64,000 nt of DNA, from IMG/VR virus record IMGVR_UViG_3300033068_001747. The stretch is one strand, 5' to 3'. Under the pieces are notes generated by a model, which did no database searches, was not told the DNA's origin, and saw only the letters and a program-made list of their open reading frames with translations. Both the position numbers and the translations under genes were made by a program. Shown piece after piece: positions 9,505 through 19,765 of the stretch (position 1 is the first letter of the stretch; each line of letters starts with the position of its first letter). Source of the stretch: a virus (taxonomy: Duplodnaviria > Caudoviricetes).

Positions 9505-9882
9505 ATGGCAAATTTTAACTTTATCGACTTTTATATCTGTTATCCAGGACACCCAATGTTTAGAAATGCTGAACTTATCGAGGATGATGTAGTAAAAGTT
9601 ATCGTTCAAAAATATGAAATGATTATCTTTACAAATAAAGGTGAAGTTTTAGGAGAACCTAATTTTGGTGCAGACCTAACTTTACTACTACACGAAACAA
9701 GATTATCAGCAGAATCAGTTGAAGGTGATATAAGAGCTCAAATAGCAGATTATATACCTGAAATAGATCAAATTGGTTATGAATTATCAGTAGAGTTTTT
9801 TGATGATCCTGAGAGACATCAAGAATATATGGTAATCAACTTTACAATTGCAGACTATGAAGTTTATGCAACCGTTAGCTAA
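9505..9882 (+). CDS. Baseplate wedge protein, gp25-like
   Basis: IFTNKGEVLGEPNFGADL..LL.E gp25-family signature. Confidence 0.82.
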   Translation: MANFNFIDFYICYPGHPMFRNAELIEDDVVKVIVQKYEMIIFTNKGEVLGEPNFGADLTLLLHETRLSAESVEGDIRAQIADYIPEIDQIGYELSVEFFDDPERHQEYMVINFTIADYEVYATVS

Positions 9883-10324
9883 GTCTATAAGAATTGTGTT
9901 GCCAATAGTTTTCACCATATTCAACAAATATCTCTTCACCTGCTTCTATATCTCTTGTTGCAACAAGAACAACGTCATCACCATCCATTGAGATTATACA
10001 GTTGTTTTTAAATCCAGTATCAGAACCTTCTGCATCATTAGCGTATTTGGCAAAACAATCAGTTTGTTTACAATCTAATATGTCACCATTTGGTAAATTC
10101 ATAAAGTAATCATCATCTCCTGATTCAGTTCTAGATTTAATTTCTTCATCAGAAATAATTTCTCCTTTAAATACAGATATAACTTCATCTTTCTCAATAT
10201 CAATTGCTGTAAATAAACCTCTACCAGAATTAGGTATCTGTGAAGTTTCTACATATAAGTAGTCTGACTCGTCAGAGTCAATTCTATCAAAATCAAAATT
10301 TTCAAAAGTTTTTAAATATCTCAT
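9875..10324 (-). CDS. SET-domain protein-lysine methyltransferase with MRYLKTFENF tag
   Basis: SGRGLFT, AKYAND, VATRDIEAGEEIFVEYG..YW. Confidence 0.88.
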   Translation of the reverse strand: MRYLKTFENFDFDRIDSDESDYLYVETSQIPNSGRGLFTAIDIEKDEVISVFKGEIISDEEIKSRTESGDDDYFMNLPNGDILDCKQTDCFAKYANDAEGSDTGFKNNCIISMDGDDVVLVATRDIEAGEEIFVEYGENYWQHNSYRLS

Positions 10325-10334
10325 TATAATTATT

Positions 10335-10952
10335 TTATTTTATAGGACAGTGATTTGCAGAATAAATATATTTGAAATCTCTTTTTATTTTAACACCAAA
10401 TGATTTAGCAGCAGTTTCAACATCTAAAAAACATTCTGAGTCAGAACCACCAACCATTACAACTTCTTGTCCTTTTAATTTAGTAAAAAGTTCTTGTAAT
10501 TTTTTTGGTAAATGATACCATTGATGATTATTCCCAATATAAACTATAAATGTACCTTCTTTAGTATTAAAAGTATCACCTCTTTTTAATTGTTTATTAG
10601 TTTCTTTTTGTTTTAAATCAGTATAAACTTCTTTAGATAGAATATTTTTATAAAAATCAACATCTACATCATAGTTATATCGTTTCTCTATCAAATCTTT
10701 TTGATTAGGGAAACGATATAAATCTTTATGTACTGGAATATCTGGATTCTCATCATATAGATAATCTTTGTCTACATGTTTCCCGTCAACGTGATTATCC
10801 CAAATTTGGTAAACTGATTCAAAATTTTTACAATACTTATTTAATTCATGTAAATACATCTCCGTAAAAAATTTACGGAAACTCTTTTGAACATCAACTA
10901 TTATCAATGTTTGTTTATTTTGAAAGTTATCGTATATTTTTAAATGTTTCAT
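10335..10952 (-). CDS. Isochorismatase / cysteine-hydrolase-fold protein with MKHLKIYDNF tag
   Basis: LIIVDVQKSF, EKRY and VVMVGGSDSEC give a D-K-C triad pattern. Confidence 0.7.
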   Translation of the reverse strand: MKHLKIYDNFQNKQTLIIVDVQKSFRKFFTEMYLHELNKYCKNFESVYQIWDNHVDGKHVDKDYLYDENPDIPVHKDLYRFPNQKDLIEKRYNYDVDVDFYKNILSKEVYTDLKQKETNKQLKRGDTFNTKEGTFIVYIGNNHQWYHLPKKLQELFTKLKGQEVVMVGGSDSECFLDVETAAKSFGVKIKRDFKYIYSANHCPIK

Positions 10953-12742
10953 TAGTCTTCGTCTTCTATTGCTAGTTGTCCTTGTTTTCTTTTTATAACG
11001 TTTATCATAACTGTGATACCGTTATTTATATTTCCAAAGTAGTTTCTCTTATCACTAAATGCCGAATATAAATAAACAGTATTATTATAATAACTACCTG
11101 GTCTCATTCTATCAAAGAAGTTACTTAAACTACCTAAACCGGTTCTCTCTGATCTAAACATCTGTCTTATTGAATTGATCTCTTGTTGTAAGAATTCAAC
11201 ATCTGATAATGTTTCAACAGTAATGGATGCAATATAACGACTAATTTCCAAAGATAATCTATCTAAATTATCTAGTATCTTAATCTCTTTATTTCTCCAT
11301 TCTTCAGTAGATTCATCTTCAATTTTATCTTTAAATTGTTTAAGAAGTTTATTAGTATGTTCGTTTGTTTTTATAGACCAATCTAATATACTTTTATACT
11401 TTTCATTGATATACTCAACATCATTTTTGAAATCATAATTGTTTTTCAATGCTTCTAATGCAGTAGGAGTAAGTCCTTGTTCTAATAACTTAGCATCTTC
11501 TCTTTCTGCAGTTTTAATCTTCTTAATAACTTTAAAAATATTTGTAGCTATATTTCCTAAACCACTACTGATCGTATCACTAGCAGATTGATTTAAGAAA
11601 TAAGCCGCATTTCTACCTAATAATCTAGCAGCCATTCTATTAAATTTAGAAATATCATCTAATTCACCTTTTAATTTGAAACCTAGTGCAATCTTATCAA
11701 AGTATCTTTTAATATTAGCTTTCTTAATATCTTCATCAGACATAAGTGCTAGAGCACCTGATTTCAACTCAGTTCTATCAGAAATAATCTCACTTTTCTT
11801 TTTCGCTGGTGCAAAATTCATTAGTTTATTAAAATCTAATATAATTGCAAAATTTGCGTCTTTCACAGAAGAGTTTATCTGAACTGGCCTAATACGGAAA
11901 TTATCTAAGTCAAATGAAGTATTATATCCATAAGGGTCTAAACCACCAACATTTGCTTTTGGTTTTAATAAATTTATATTATTAACTCTCGAAGGTATAA
12001 GTGTCCAGGAATTAGTACCAATCGATCTCCAATCACTAGTCCAAGGAGAAGGATATCTTCCACGTCTATTTTGAATAACAAACATTTTTGTCTCATTATA
12101 TCTAGTTTCTTTAAAAACATAACCTACCACACCAGATTCAATTGTATATGTTTCACCATTCCATCTTCTTTCAAGCATATCAAATGAGATTATATCACCA
12201 GTATCTAACACATTTTTTATTTGTGTCTTAGGAACTCTTCTAACTACATCATAATCATCAACATTTGGTGAAAATGCAGTAGTATTAGCAGCAGATGTTT
12301 CTCTATAAACACCATCTACCGCAGTGGTTGCAATAAATTTACCTTCTGAATCAAACCAAAATTTAATCATTGATAAACTAGACTTTTTAGGTTTGATTCC
12401 AGTACCTTTACAAGTACCACAATCAACAACTCTAAATCCTCTACCCCAAGGTCTTCTTACCTTACCTTTATCACATTTTTCACCAGCTATAAACTCACCA
12501 GTTGCATCACAAGGCTCATCTTCAACGACAACATTATTAAATCTTAATGCTCTATTAAATGGTAAGTATGTAAATAAATCATCACTTAGTTTAGATTCAG
12601 GTACATCAAACTTATTACATATCTTTTTTAAAGAGTTTAAAAAGTTACTTTTATCAGATTTTGATTTTATGTGGTTTAAAGTTGCATTTAATGTTCTTGC
12701 ATCAAATGCTTCAAATAATTTTATATATTTTAAATTTTTCAT
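10952..12742 (-). CDS. Large protein with DnaJ-like Zn finger and MKNLKYIKLFEAF tag
   Basis: CDATG...CDKG...CGTCKGTG; shared N-terminal motif. Confidence 0.7.
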   Translation of the reverse strand: MKNLKYIKLFEAFDARTLNATLNHIKSKSDKSNFLNSLKKICNKFDVPESKLSDDLFTYLPFNRALRFNNVVVEDEPCDATGEFIAGEKCDKGKVRRPWGRGFRVVDCGTCKGTGIKPKKSSLSMIKFWFDSEGKFIATTAVDGVYRETSAANTTAFSPNVDDYDVVRRVPKTQIKNVLDTGDIISFDMLERRWNGETYTIESGVVGYVFKETRYNETKMFVIQNRRGRYPSPWTSDWRSIGTNSWTLIPSRVNNINLLKPKANVGGLDPYGYNTSFDLDNFRIRPVQINSSVKDANFAIILDFNKLMNFAPAKKKSEIISDRTELKSGALALMSDEDIKKANIKRYFDKIALGFKLKGELDDISKFNRMAARLLGRNAAYFLNQSASDTISSGLGNIATNIFKVIKKIKTAEREDAKLLEQGLTPTALEALKNNYDFKNDVEYINEKYKSILDWSIKTNEHTNKLLKQFKDKIEDESTEEWRNKEIKILDNLDRLSLEISRYIASITVETLSDVEFLQQEINSIRQMFRSERTGLGSLSNFFDRMRPGSYYNNTVYLYSAFSDKRNYFGNINNGITVMINVIKRKQGQLAIEDED

Positions 12743-14442
12743 ATTACTGGTCCTACTATTTCTATTTTTACTCCTTTAGATCTTAATTCACCTAAGATTG
12801 ATTTAGATTCTTTTGTTGCTAAATCACCAGAGATTACTAATTTTTTCAAGTTCTCAGGTACAATTGTTTTTAAATCTTCTACAGAATCTAAAGTATATAT
12901 TACTTGAAGTTCTTCTAATGCTTTAAAATCAGAGAAGTCAAATGAACCAACATTATCACAACTAACAATTTGTAATTTTGTAATACCTGGGTTAGAAGCA
13001 TTTATATCTTGTAAAACGGTATTAGACAATCTACATTTATCAAATGCAATATTTGTTGTTTTGATTCTATCAAAATCCTTTAAAGTATGAATTTCAATAA
13101 ACTTAAATTTAATCCAATCTAAAGTAAGATTGATTGTCAATAATGATTCTGGAATCTCAGTTGTTTCAATTATCAACTCTTTAATTTTCGCATTTGGATC
13201 TACTCTAACATTTGTCCAGTTTCCAATTTGACTTAAATATAAAGTTTTTATATTTTTACCAATCATTCTTCCTGTAGTTAAAGATAATCTATCTTGATAT
13301 GGTGCATCTAAACTATCATTAAAGTCAATATCAGGAGTATATAAATATCTGTCATTTCTATCCGCATTAGAAGCATTACCACTATATTTAGTAACCATTT
13401 CTTGAATCTTATTCTGCATTCTATCTGGATAAGCTCTATCAAAATATAATTTTTTAGGTCCTGTTCCATCAAATGTCTCAATATTTCTAATAATCATTCT
13501 CGATAAAGGTAAATGTTCAGAAATCTTCTCATCTTCCCAGAAGATAGGAGTTTCAAAAATTAAGAAAGCAGGTATACTATTTGGATCAAATACATTACCT
13601 AAAACTTTACCACTATAACCACCACTATATAAATGTTGACATGAAGAGTAAAACTTAGAAATTGACATATTTAAAATATCTTGTGGATTGTGAGTAATCT
13701 TCAAGAAAATATCTTTATTGAAAATCTCAAAGTCTAATTTATATTGTGGATTCTCATTAGTAGATGCAAAGTTTATAAAATTTGATAAATTTCTATTATC
13801 AGAGAATAGTGTTGATGATGCAATTTTATCTGATTCAGACCAACCTTCTAAATTAGCGTCAGTACATTTATCAACTAAATCATTATAATCCGAAATAAAT
13901 GTGTTTATATTAATTAAGTTGTTACTAAATATCAAATCTCCAGCTTTCTTCTCTGTTCTAATCATATTACCTTGTTCATCTCTGATAGGTCTATTATTAG
14001 CATCCTTAGAAATAACTGAAGTTGCCATAGTATCCGGAATAGATAATTTTCTAAAAACTGAACTAAACATAGCCAATATTTGATCTAACTTAGGTTTTCT
14101 AATATCAAAACTTTCAAAAATTCTAGTATAAGTATCTTTATTCTCTCTAAAAAGTTCAACATTTATTGATTGATTTAAAACATTTCCAAATTGTTCTGGT
14201 AAACTAGAGAACAACTCAAATAACTCAACCATATTAGTTTGACAAAAAACACCAAGTACCTCATTCTTATCTTCTTCAGATAACTTCCAACTTCCTTGTA
14301 CAATTTTATCAGTTGGGGTAACCTCTTCATAGTCAAGGTATTTCTCGCCCCATTTACTTGTTACTGCCTTTGCTTGTCTAGGTAAGATAACATCACGTAG
14401 CTTTGCTTCTAAAAAAAGATTTCTTGTTTTAATCCATTTCAT
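12739..14442 (-). CDS. Large protein with LRR-like C-terminus and MKWIKTRNLFLEA tag
   Basis: Repeated (I/L)xxLxI/L segments (IKTLYL, IKELII, ITKLQI, LEELQV, LKKLVI). Confidence 0.65.
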   Translation of the reverse strand: MKWIKTRNLFLEAKLRDVILPRQAKAVTSKWGEKYLDYEEVTPTDKIVQGSWKLSEEDKNEVLGVFCQTNMVELFELFSSLPEQFGNVLNQSINVELFRENKDTYTRIFESFDIRKPKLDQILAMFSSVFRKLSIPDTMATSVISKDANNRPIRDEQGNMIRTEKKAGDLIFSNNLININTFISDYNDLVDKCTDANLEGWSESDKIASSTLFSDNRNLSNFINFASTNENPQYKLDFEIFNKDIFLKITHNPQDILNMSISKFYSSCQHLYSGGYSGKVLGNVFDPNSIPAFLIFETPIFWEDEKISEHLPLSRMIIRNIETFDGTGPKKLYFDRAYPDRMQNKIQEMVTKYSGNASNADRNDRYLYTPDIDFNDSLDAPYQDRLSLTTGRMIGKNIKTLYLSQIGNWTNVRVDPNAKIKELIIETTEIPESLLTINLTLDWIKFKFIEIHTLKDFDRIKTTNIAFDKCRLSNTVLQDINASNPGITKLQIVSCDNVGSFDFSDFKALEELQVIYTLDSVEDLKTIVPENLKKLVISGDLATKESKSILGELRSKGVKIEIVGPVI

Positions 14443-14509
14443 ATAATATATTATAATTTTATTTGTGATTTATATATTAAAAATAATATGTTAAAAATAT
14501 AATTTTTTG

Positions 14510-14517
14510 TATATTTG
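14510..14517 (+). promoter_or_regulatory. Bacteroidota-type -7 element TATATTTG (putative early promoter)
   Basis: Matches TAnnTTTG, upstream of the 14573 operon. Confidence 0.6.
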
Positions 14518-14572
14518 TATGATTAATAAACAAATTGACAAAAAAACTATATAGTTAAAAAAGAATTTTAAT

Positions 14573-14839
14573 ATGGCAAACGAAATTAGAACTTCATTTA
14601 ATGAATTTTCTTTCACTCACTTATGTAAAAGTGGTGTAATAACACATGGTACAGGATATACCAGAACAGATGTTTACTTTACTAAAGCAGATATGAAAAA
14701 ATTAGCATTAGGAGAAATTGTAACTAAACATGAAAATGACCAAACATTTCAATATGCATTACAAGATATTGGTTTCGAATTGACTAAGGAGATAATTAGA
14801 AGATCTCCAATTTATGGTGAAATGTATTACGAACTTTAA
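14573..14839 (+). CDS. Hypothetical early protein
   Basis: 88-aa ORF behind a host-type promoter. Confidence 0.65.
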   Translation: MANEIRTSFNEFSFTHLCKSGVITHGTGYTRTDVYFTKADMKKLALGEIVTKHENDQTFQYALQDIGFELTKEIIRRSPIYGEMYYEL

Positions 14840-14852
14840 TAATTAAAAATAT

Positions 14853-15362
14853 ATGTCAGGAATTTTAATGTTACAAATTGCAGTATTTGTACTATCAATC
14901 TGTCTTCTAGGATCTTTAATCGGAAATGTCACTCTTTACTCTAAATGTGAACAAATAAGAGAGGAAAAAGATAAGGTGTCAAAAGAAAAAGATAAGATTA
15001 AAAAAGAAAAAGAAAAAGCAGATGCTTTCAAAAAGGATTTGATTGCAATTGAACCTGGTCACAAAGTTATTTATCCAGATTATGGACTTACTTGGACCGA
15101 CACTGATAAAGATGGTAATAAATTGAAACCAGAAGCTTTTAAAGTAACTTATGAGTTAGAAGTATTAGAAGTTACTGAGACTAGAATTAAAGTTAAAGCA
15201 GTTGATTTTACATCAATGGACTCAATTGGAAGAGATACTTCAAAAAAATCAGGTATTATCTCATTTATGAAAGATAAATGGGTAGAGAAACATCAGGTAC
15301 AACTTATAGTTGATGATTCTGTTAAAAGAGACCTTAAACTAAGACAATTAGGAATAGAATAA
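14853..15362 (+). CDS. Membrane-anchored protein with coiled coil and C-terminal KRDLKLRQLGI tag
   Basis: N-terminal TM helix, K/E-rich coil, terminal motif. Confidence 0.65.
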   Translation: MSGILMLQIAVFVLSICLLGSLIGNVTLYSKCEQIREEKDKVSKEKDKIKKEKEKADAFKKDLIAIEPGHKVIYPDYGLTWTDTDKDGNKLKPEAFKVTYELEVLEVTETRIKVKAVDFTSMDSIGRDTSKKSGIISFMKDKWVEKHQVQLIVDDSVKRDLKLRQLGIE

Positions 15363-15390
15363 AAAAGTTGAGAATTATCTCGACTTTTTT
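15361..15390. terminator. Bidirectional terminator
   Basis: AAAAAAGTTGAGA/TCTCGACTTTTTT. Confidence 0.75.
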
Positions 15391-15898
15391 ATTTTAAATT
15401 TATTACTCTAATCTTAGACTTATCCAAATAAAACTCTTTTAGATTTCTATTTAAAATCAATTTAGATGATTTTTGACCAATTACAATTTTATTCTCAAAT
15501 TCATCCGATAAGTAAACATTGTACCCTAAATCTTTCATATGAGTATCATATATTTGATTAGAGGTGATTACCCAATTATCTGATGTAAGATTATGTATTT
15601 CTTTTTTTAGTTGTTTATTCGACTTTAAATTAAGTAATTTAGTAATTACATTTTTTGGATAAAAATCAATATCAATTGATTCACAATCTAAAGTTTGTTC
15701 AAATAAAAATTTGTTAGTATCCTGCAACGAGGTTACTAACAAATCCTGTAGGTGGAAGAATTCTTCTTTTGTAGAAACTTTAATTTTCCCATTTTCTTTA
15801 AAAGTCTCAGAAATAGTAAATTGAGCAGGATTTTCATCTACCCAAATTACTTCATTAAAGTAAGATAATAATAAATATTCTATCGAGTCTGTGTCCAT
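15389..15898 (-). CDS. Hypothetical protein; C-terminus weakly resembles major capsid (gp23) A-domain
   Basis: NWVITS...YNVYLSDEFENKIVIGQK versus gp23-type N(F/W)IxxS...yxVYxD....yxxvGyK. Confidence 0.4.
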   Translation of the reverse strand: MDTDSIEYLLLSYFNEVIWVDENPAQFTISETFKENGKIKVSTKEEFFHLQDLLVTSLQDTNKFLFEQTLDCESIDIDFYPKNVITKLLNLKSNKQLKKEIHNLTSDNWVITSNQIYDTHMKDLGYNVYLSDEFENKIVIGQKSSKLILNRNLKEFYLDKSKIRVINLK

Positions 15899-16467
15899 GT
15901 ATCCTTTTTTATATCTCTATTTATTTTACTACAGAGTGGTTGTAAGTTAGTATAATGTGTTAATTTCACTATATCTTCTTCTGTTTTAGCAGAAGATAAT
16001 GGTATTTTATGATCAATATCCCAACCATAATTAAATTCACCATTATACTTACCTTGGTTATTCCAATTCATCCAAGATTCAAATTTACTCTCTAAGTAAA
16101 CTTTTAATTCTTCAAAAGAACAACCTATTAGGTCCTTTGTTTTTGAGTTCTTCTTTATCTCTTTACTTAAAAAGATATTTTTAATAGAACTTCTACTTAA
16201 AATCTGTAACCTAAATAATATATCATCTTTATATCTTCTATTCAAATACTCCGTATGTTTTTTCATAAGATATTCTTTATTATTGATATAATAAATTTTC
16301 TTTACTTGTGTTTGTTTTTCTTTATTTTCTAATTTGTATTTTTTATTATAATCAAATCTTTTATTGTTATAACAAGTTTTACATTCATTTTTTAATCCAT
16401 CTTTATTTGTAGATTTATAAAAATTACTATAATCAAATTCTATGTTACAAACTTTACATATTTTCAT
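15880..16467 (-). CDS. HNH homing endonuclease with N-terminal Zn ribbon
   Basis: CKVC...CKTC; DIDHKIPLS...HYTNLQPL..KIN; alternative start at 16476. Confidence 0.85.
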   Translation of the reverse strand: MKICKVCNIEFDYSNFYKSTNKDGLKNECKTCYNNKRFDYNKKYKLENKEKQTQVKKIYYINNKEYLMKKHTEYLNRRYKDDILFRLQILSRSSIKNIFLSKEIKKNSKTKDLIGCSFEELKVYLESKFESWMNWNNQGKYNGEFNYGWDIDHKIPLSSAKTEEDIVKLTHYTNLQPLCSKINRDIKKDTWTQTR

Positions 16468-16506
16468 AAGAAACATTTTTATTTATATATATAAAAATGT
16501 TTCTTA
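16467..16506 (-). promoter_or_regulatory. 16-bp perfect hairpin covering the HNH translation start, with late-promoter motif in the loop
   Basis: TAAGAAACATTTTTAT-N8-ATAAAAATGTTTCTTA. Confidence 0.75.
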
Positions 16507-16509
16507 TTC

Positions 16510-16701
16510 CTAGTATATTTTTTTAATCAAATCATGTACGTCAATTGTTCCTTCTCTATGCGAGAATTCAAATAGTCTATTATCTGGAAACTTTTTATTT
16601 CTCCACTTAGATACAGTTGGTCTGTTTACAGAGAAATACTGTTCTAAACTCATATTATATTTCTTTTTAACAAAGAATTCTATAAAATATATATCTATCA
16701 T
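16510..16701 (-). CDS. Small HTH (Cro-like) DNA-binding protein
   Basis: LEQYFSVNRPTVSKWR HTH pattern. Confidence 0.6.
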   Translation of the reverse strand: MIDIYFIEFFVKKKYNMSLEQYFSVNRPTVSKWRNKKFPDNRLFEFSHREGTIDVHDLIKKIY

Positions 16702-16702
16702 A

Positions 16703-17215
16703 TTAAAACGTGCAGTCGAAATAATCTAAAATCATACCATTTCTATCATTGATAAAAAGTAATTCTGATCTTTTAACTAATTGATACTCATAATGACGAC
16801 CAACTTTAAATAAAGTTCTAACAAAAGGAATATCATCATTATAATTAACCATACCCTCATCCACCATTAAACAAAGAACTTTTTTATCATCTTCCGAGTT
16901 ATAGTTCACTATTTCCTCATCATAATCTTTTTGTAAACCAGTCTTACCATAGCAAATAAACTTAGTTGGTAATTTTTCATCTGACGGAGTCCAATGAATA
17001 GTAATATCATCACCAATTTCTAAATTTAGATTTTCTTCTTTTAAATAAAGTCTAATCCAAAAATAAACTTTTTGTTCTTCTATCTTTTGTTGTACCTTTT
17101 GTTCTTCTTCACTTATTTCATCAGATAACTCTTCTGTATCTAAAGATTTAACTTGTTCAACTAAATCTTCTATATATTGTGGTGAAAAATCGAAACCACT
17201 TGTTATATTACTCAT
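16703..17215 (-). CDS. Hypothetical acidic protein
   Basis: 170-aa ORF with its own upstream promoter motif. Confidence 0.65.
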   Translation of the reverse strand: MSNITSGFDFSPQYIEDLVEQVKSLDTEELSDEISEEEQKVQQKIEEQKVYFWIRLYLKEENLNLEIGDDITIHWTPSDEKLPTKFICYGKTGLQKDYDEEIVNYNSEDDKKVLCLMVDEGMVNYNDDIPFVRTLFKVGRHYEYQLVKRSELLFINDRNGMILDYFDCTF

Positions 17216-17259
17216 CTTAATAGTATATTTTTTTATTATATATCTTTTTTTGATTTAGT

Positions 17260-18090
17260 TTAGACTGCAATCTCCAATTCCGATTTTATCTTTTGAATTC
17301 CCTTTATATTTGATATTTTAAAATCTTCAAGTGTTATACTATAAAAGTCTAAACCAGATTTTAATTCTAATGTTGGTTGTTGTTGCAATGGTTCTCTTTC
17401 TAAAAGTTCTTTTGCAGCATCGATATGTCTATCATAAATATGTAGATTCTGAACATAGTGACAAAACTTACCAACTTTATAACCTAAATGTGATGCTATC
17501 ATCATCTGAAGTGCAACATACTGTATTTTATTTATATATCCAGCCATTATGTAATCATTACTTCTTTGATTTAAAGTCATATCTAAAAACATTTCACCTT
17601 TTACTTCTCTAACCGACCACATTGTTTCATATGCACAAGGGTATAACCCATTTGTTTGTTTTAAATCAGACTCTTGTAACATATTCATAATATGTCTTCT
17701 TGAAAAAGGATCATTCTTCAAACCATTTAAAAGATTATTTAACAAGTCCCATTTTCTAACAGTTGCACCATATCGTTGTCCAATTGTACCATTACCTATA
17801 TTCCAATCATCCCACCACATTATATCTCTTTTATGAGCAGTTGATAGGTTTGAATCTTGGTCTTGATAGATCCAAAGTATTTCATTGATACCAGTTTTAA
17901 TAGCAGTGTTTCTTAATGTAGTAACCGGAAACTCACCTTTAGATAAATCATATTCTTCAAATACTTGTGTTATGAAGAAACTATTTGCTTCTACACCGTC
18001 TTTGTATTTAGGTCTTGCATCTCTATCTTTATTGTTTTCTTCTAAAATTCTTTTTAAATTTTCTTTGTAATACTTATCCGCTTTAATCAT
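17260..18090 (-). CDS. thyA: Thymidylate synthase
   Basis: PVTTLR, EILWI, IGQRYG, SRRHI, LYPC, QRSND and NLHIYDRH motifs. Confidence 0.95.
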   Translation of the reverse strand: MIKADKYYKENLKRILEENNKDRDARPKYKDGVEANSFFITQVFEEYDLSKGEFPVTTLRNTAIKTGINEILWIYQDQDSNLSTAHKRDIMWWDDWNIGNGTIGQRYGATVRKWDLLNNLLNGLKNDPFSRRHIMNMLQESDLKQTNGLYPCAYETMWSVREVKGEMFLDMTLNQRSNDYIMAGYINKIQYVALQMMIASHLGYKVGKFCHYVQNLHIYDRHIDAAKELLEREPLQQQPTLELKSGLDFYSITLEDFKISNIKGIQKIKSELEIAV

Positions 18091-18156
18091 TTTAAAAAAT
18101 CTTTTTTTGTTATATCAAGAATATAAATACGAGTTTAAAAAATAATATATACATTT

Positions 18157-19158
18157 ATGAAATGGATTAAAACTTTTGAAGAACTAACACCACGTATTTA
18201 TAGAGATGCAGGGAGCAGACTTATGAACATACCTCATAAAAAAGCGAAAGGTAGAATATTAAAAGATTATGGCTCCGAAAAAGAATGGGGTGTTTATAAC
18301 ATAGAACTTGTAAAAGACTATGAAGATATAAGTAGAAAAGTTAAATTTACAAAACCTACTGCAAAATTTGTTCTAAATATGAAAATGCAAGATGGTCCAA
18401 ATACTATGAACACAAGATATGAAGATATATCAATAGAAGATATGCTTGATCTTTGGGGTACTGCAGATAGAGATTTATACTTCACAATACAATTTTATTT
18501 TGAACCATTAGAGGAATCAAAAGATACATACTTACCAACTTGGGGAGGTTTGCCACTATTCTCATTTAGAGTAGATTTATCAAATTGGAATGATGGATTA
18601 GAAAATTGGAATAATCCAGAGGATTGGGATGAGGATTATGATGAACCACCAAAACAATATACATTACAAGAACTTTATGATGAATGTAGTGATTTATCTA
18701 TAAATCTGGAACTTCCTCAAAATAATCCAAGAGGTGTATACCTGGGTCAAGGTGTAAATCGTGCTGTATATCATTATGGTATATTCTCAGATAGAAATAG
18801 TGCATTTAAGTTTAAGAAATTACTTCCAACTTTAATAAATGCAGAAATTGAAGCAAAAATATGGGAAGTATTCTCATTATTAGGAGATTCTAAAAACTTT
18901 CAAAGATGTATTCATGCATTAAAATATGGAGTAAGAGTAAACCATTTATATGATGATGTAAAAGCATTATCAAGTAGGTCAGATGCTAGAGACCCAAGTA
19001 GAATATGGTTTCGTAATAATATCGCAGATATTCCTAGAGAAGTATCTAAAAAGGAAGAGGTTAAAGAAGAACCAAAAGTACCACAAGAAGAACCAAAAGA
19101 GGTACAATCGAATAAAGAAGAAAACCCAAAATCAATGTGGTATCAATCAAGAACATAA
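18157..19158 (+). CDS. Hypothetical protein with MKWIKTFEEL tag
   Basis: Shared N-terminal motif; late motif 5 nt upstream. Confidence 0.7.
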   Translation: MKWIKTFEELTPRIYRDAGSRLMNIPHKKAKGRILKDYGSEKEWGVYNIELVKDYEDISRKVKFTKPTAKFVLNMKMQDGPNTMNTRYEDISIEDMLDLWGTADRDLYFTIQFYFEPLEESKDTYLPTWGGLPLFSFRVDLSNWNDGLENWNNPEDWDEDYDEPPKQYTLQELYDECSDLSINLELPQNNPRGVYLGQGVNRAVYHYGIFSDRNSAFKFKKLLPTLINAEIEAKIWEVFSLLGDSKNFQRCIHALKYGVRVNHLYDDVKALSSRSDARDPSRIWFRNNIADIPREVSKKEEVKEEPKVPQEEPKEVQSNKEENPKSMWYQSRT

Positions 19159-19187
19159 AAAAAGAGGACTTAGTCCTCTTTTTTTTT
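19157..19187. terminator. Bidirectional terminator
   Basis: AAAAAAGAGGACT/AGTCCTCTTTTTT. Confidence 0.85.
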
Positions 19188-19761
19188 ATTCAAACTCTAT
19201 TATCTCATGTTCACTTAAAGGTTTTCTAGGTTCATTTGATAGTAATTCATGTCTTTTACAACACTCAGTAATATACTTAGAATGCTCGACATAATCCTTT
19301 TTAACTTTCATAACGGAATTATTATTTCCTTCAACACCCTCAGGGTATCTTTGGTCAGCTCTTCCTAATGTTAAGTGCATTCCAAAATATGGCTCTCTAC
19401 TTAAACCCATTACTTCTCTGATGCTTTCTGCTTCTGGACAATGAACTCTTAACCACCAGTGTTCACCATTACTTCTTGGTTCAGTTTCAACATAGAATGT
19501 AATTTCTTTACCATCAAATAATTTAGCAAATTGCTCAAATACTTTAGCATCCATTCTATCATTGATAAATGTAACGTGAGTGCCTCTCAAGTTTGTGTTC
19601 AACTCTAAATTAAATCTTTTCTTTAAAAACCAAGCGTAATATCTATCTAAATCACATTTGGTACGGATCATAGCAACTCTCTTCCAAGAAGCTTGACTAG
19701 CATGCTTCTTAGTTTTGTCCTCTGGACTGAATTCTAATATACCTCTTACTTTAAATACCAT
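19186..19761 (-). CDS. 2H phosphoesterase family protein (Acb1/LigT-like candidate)
   Basis: Two HxT motifs (GTHVTF, GMHLTL) about 67 aa apart. Confidence 0.65.
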   Translation of the reverse strand: MVFKVRGILEFSPEDKTKKHASQASWKRVAMIRTKCDLDRYYAWFLKKRFNLELNTNLRGTHVTFINDRMDAKVFEQFAKLFDGKEITFYVETEPRSNGEHWWLRVHCPEAESIREVMGLSREPYFGMHLTLGRADQRYPEGVEGNNNSVMKVKKDYVEHSKYITECCKRHELLSNEPRKPLSEHEIIEFE

Positions 19762-19765
19762 GATG

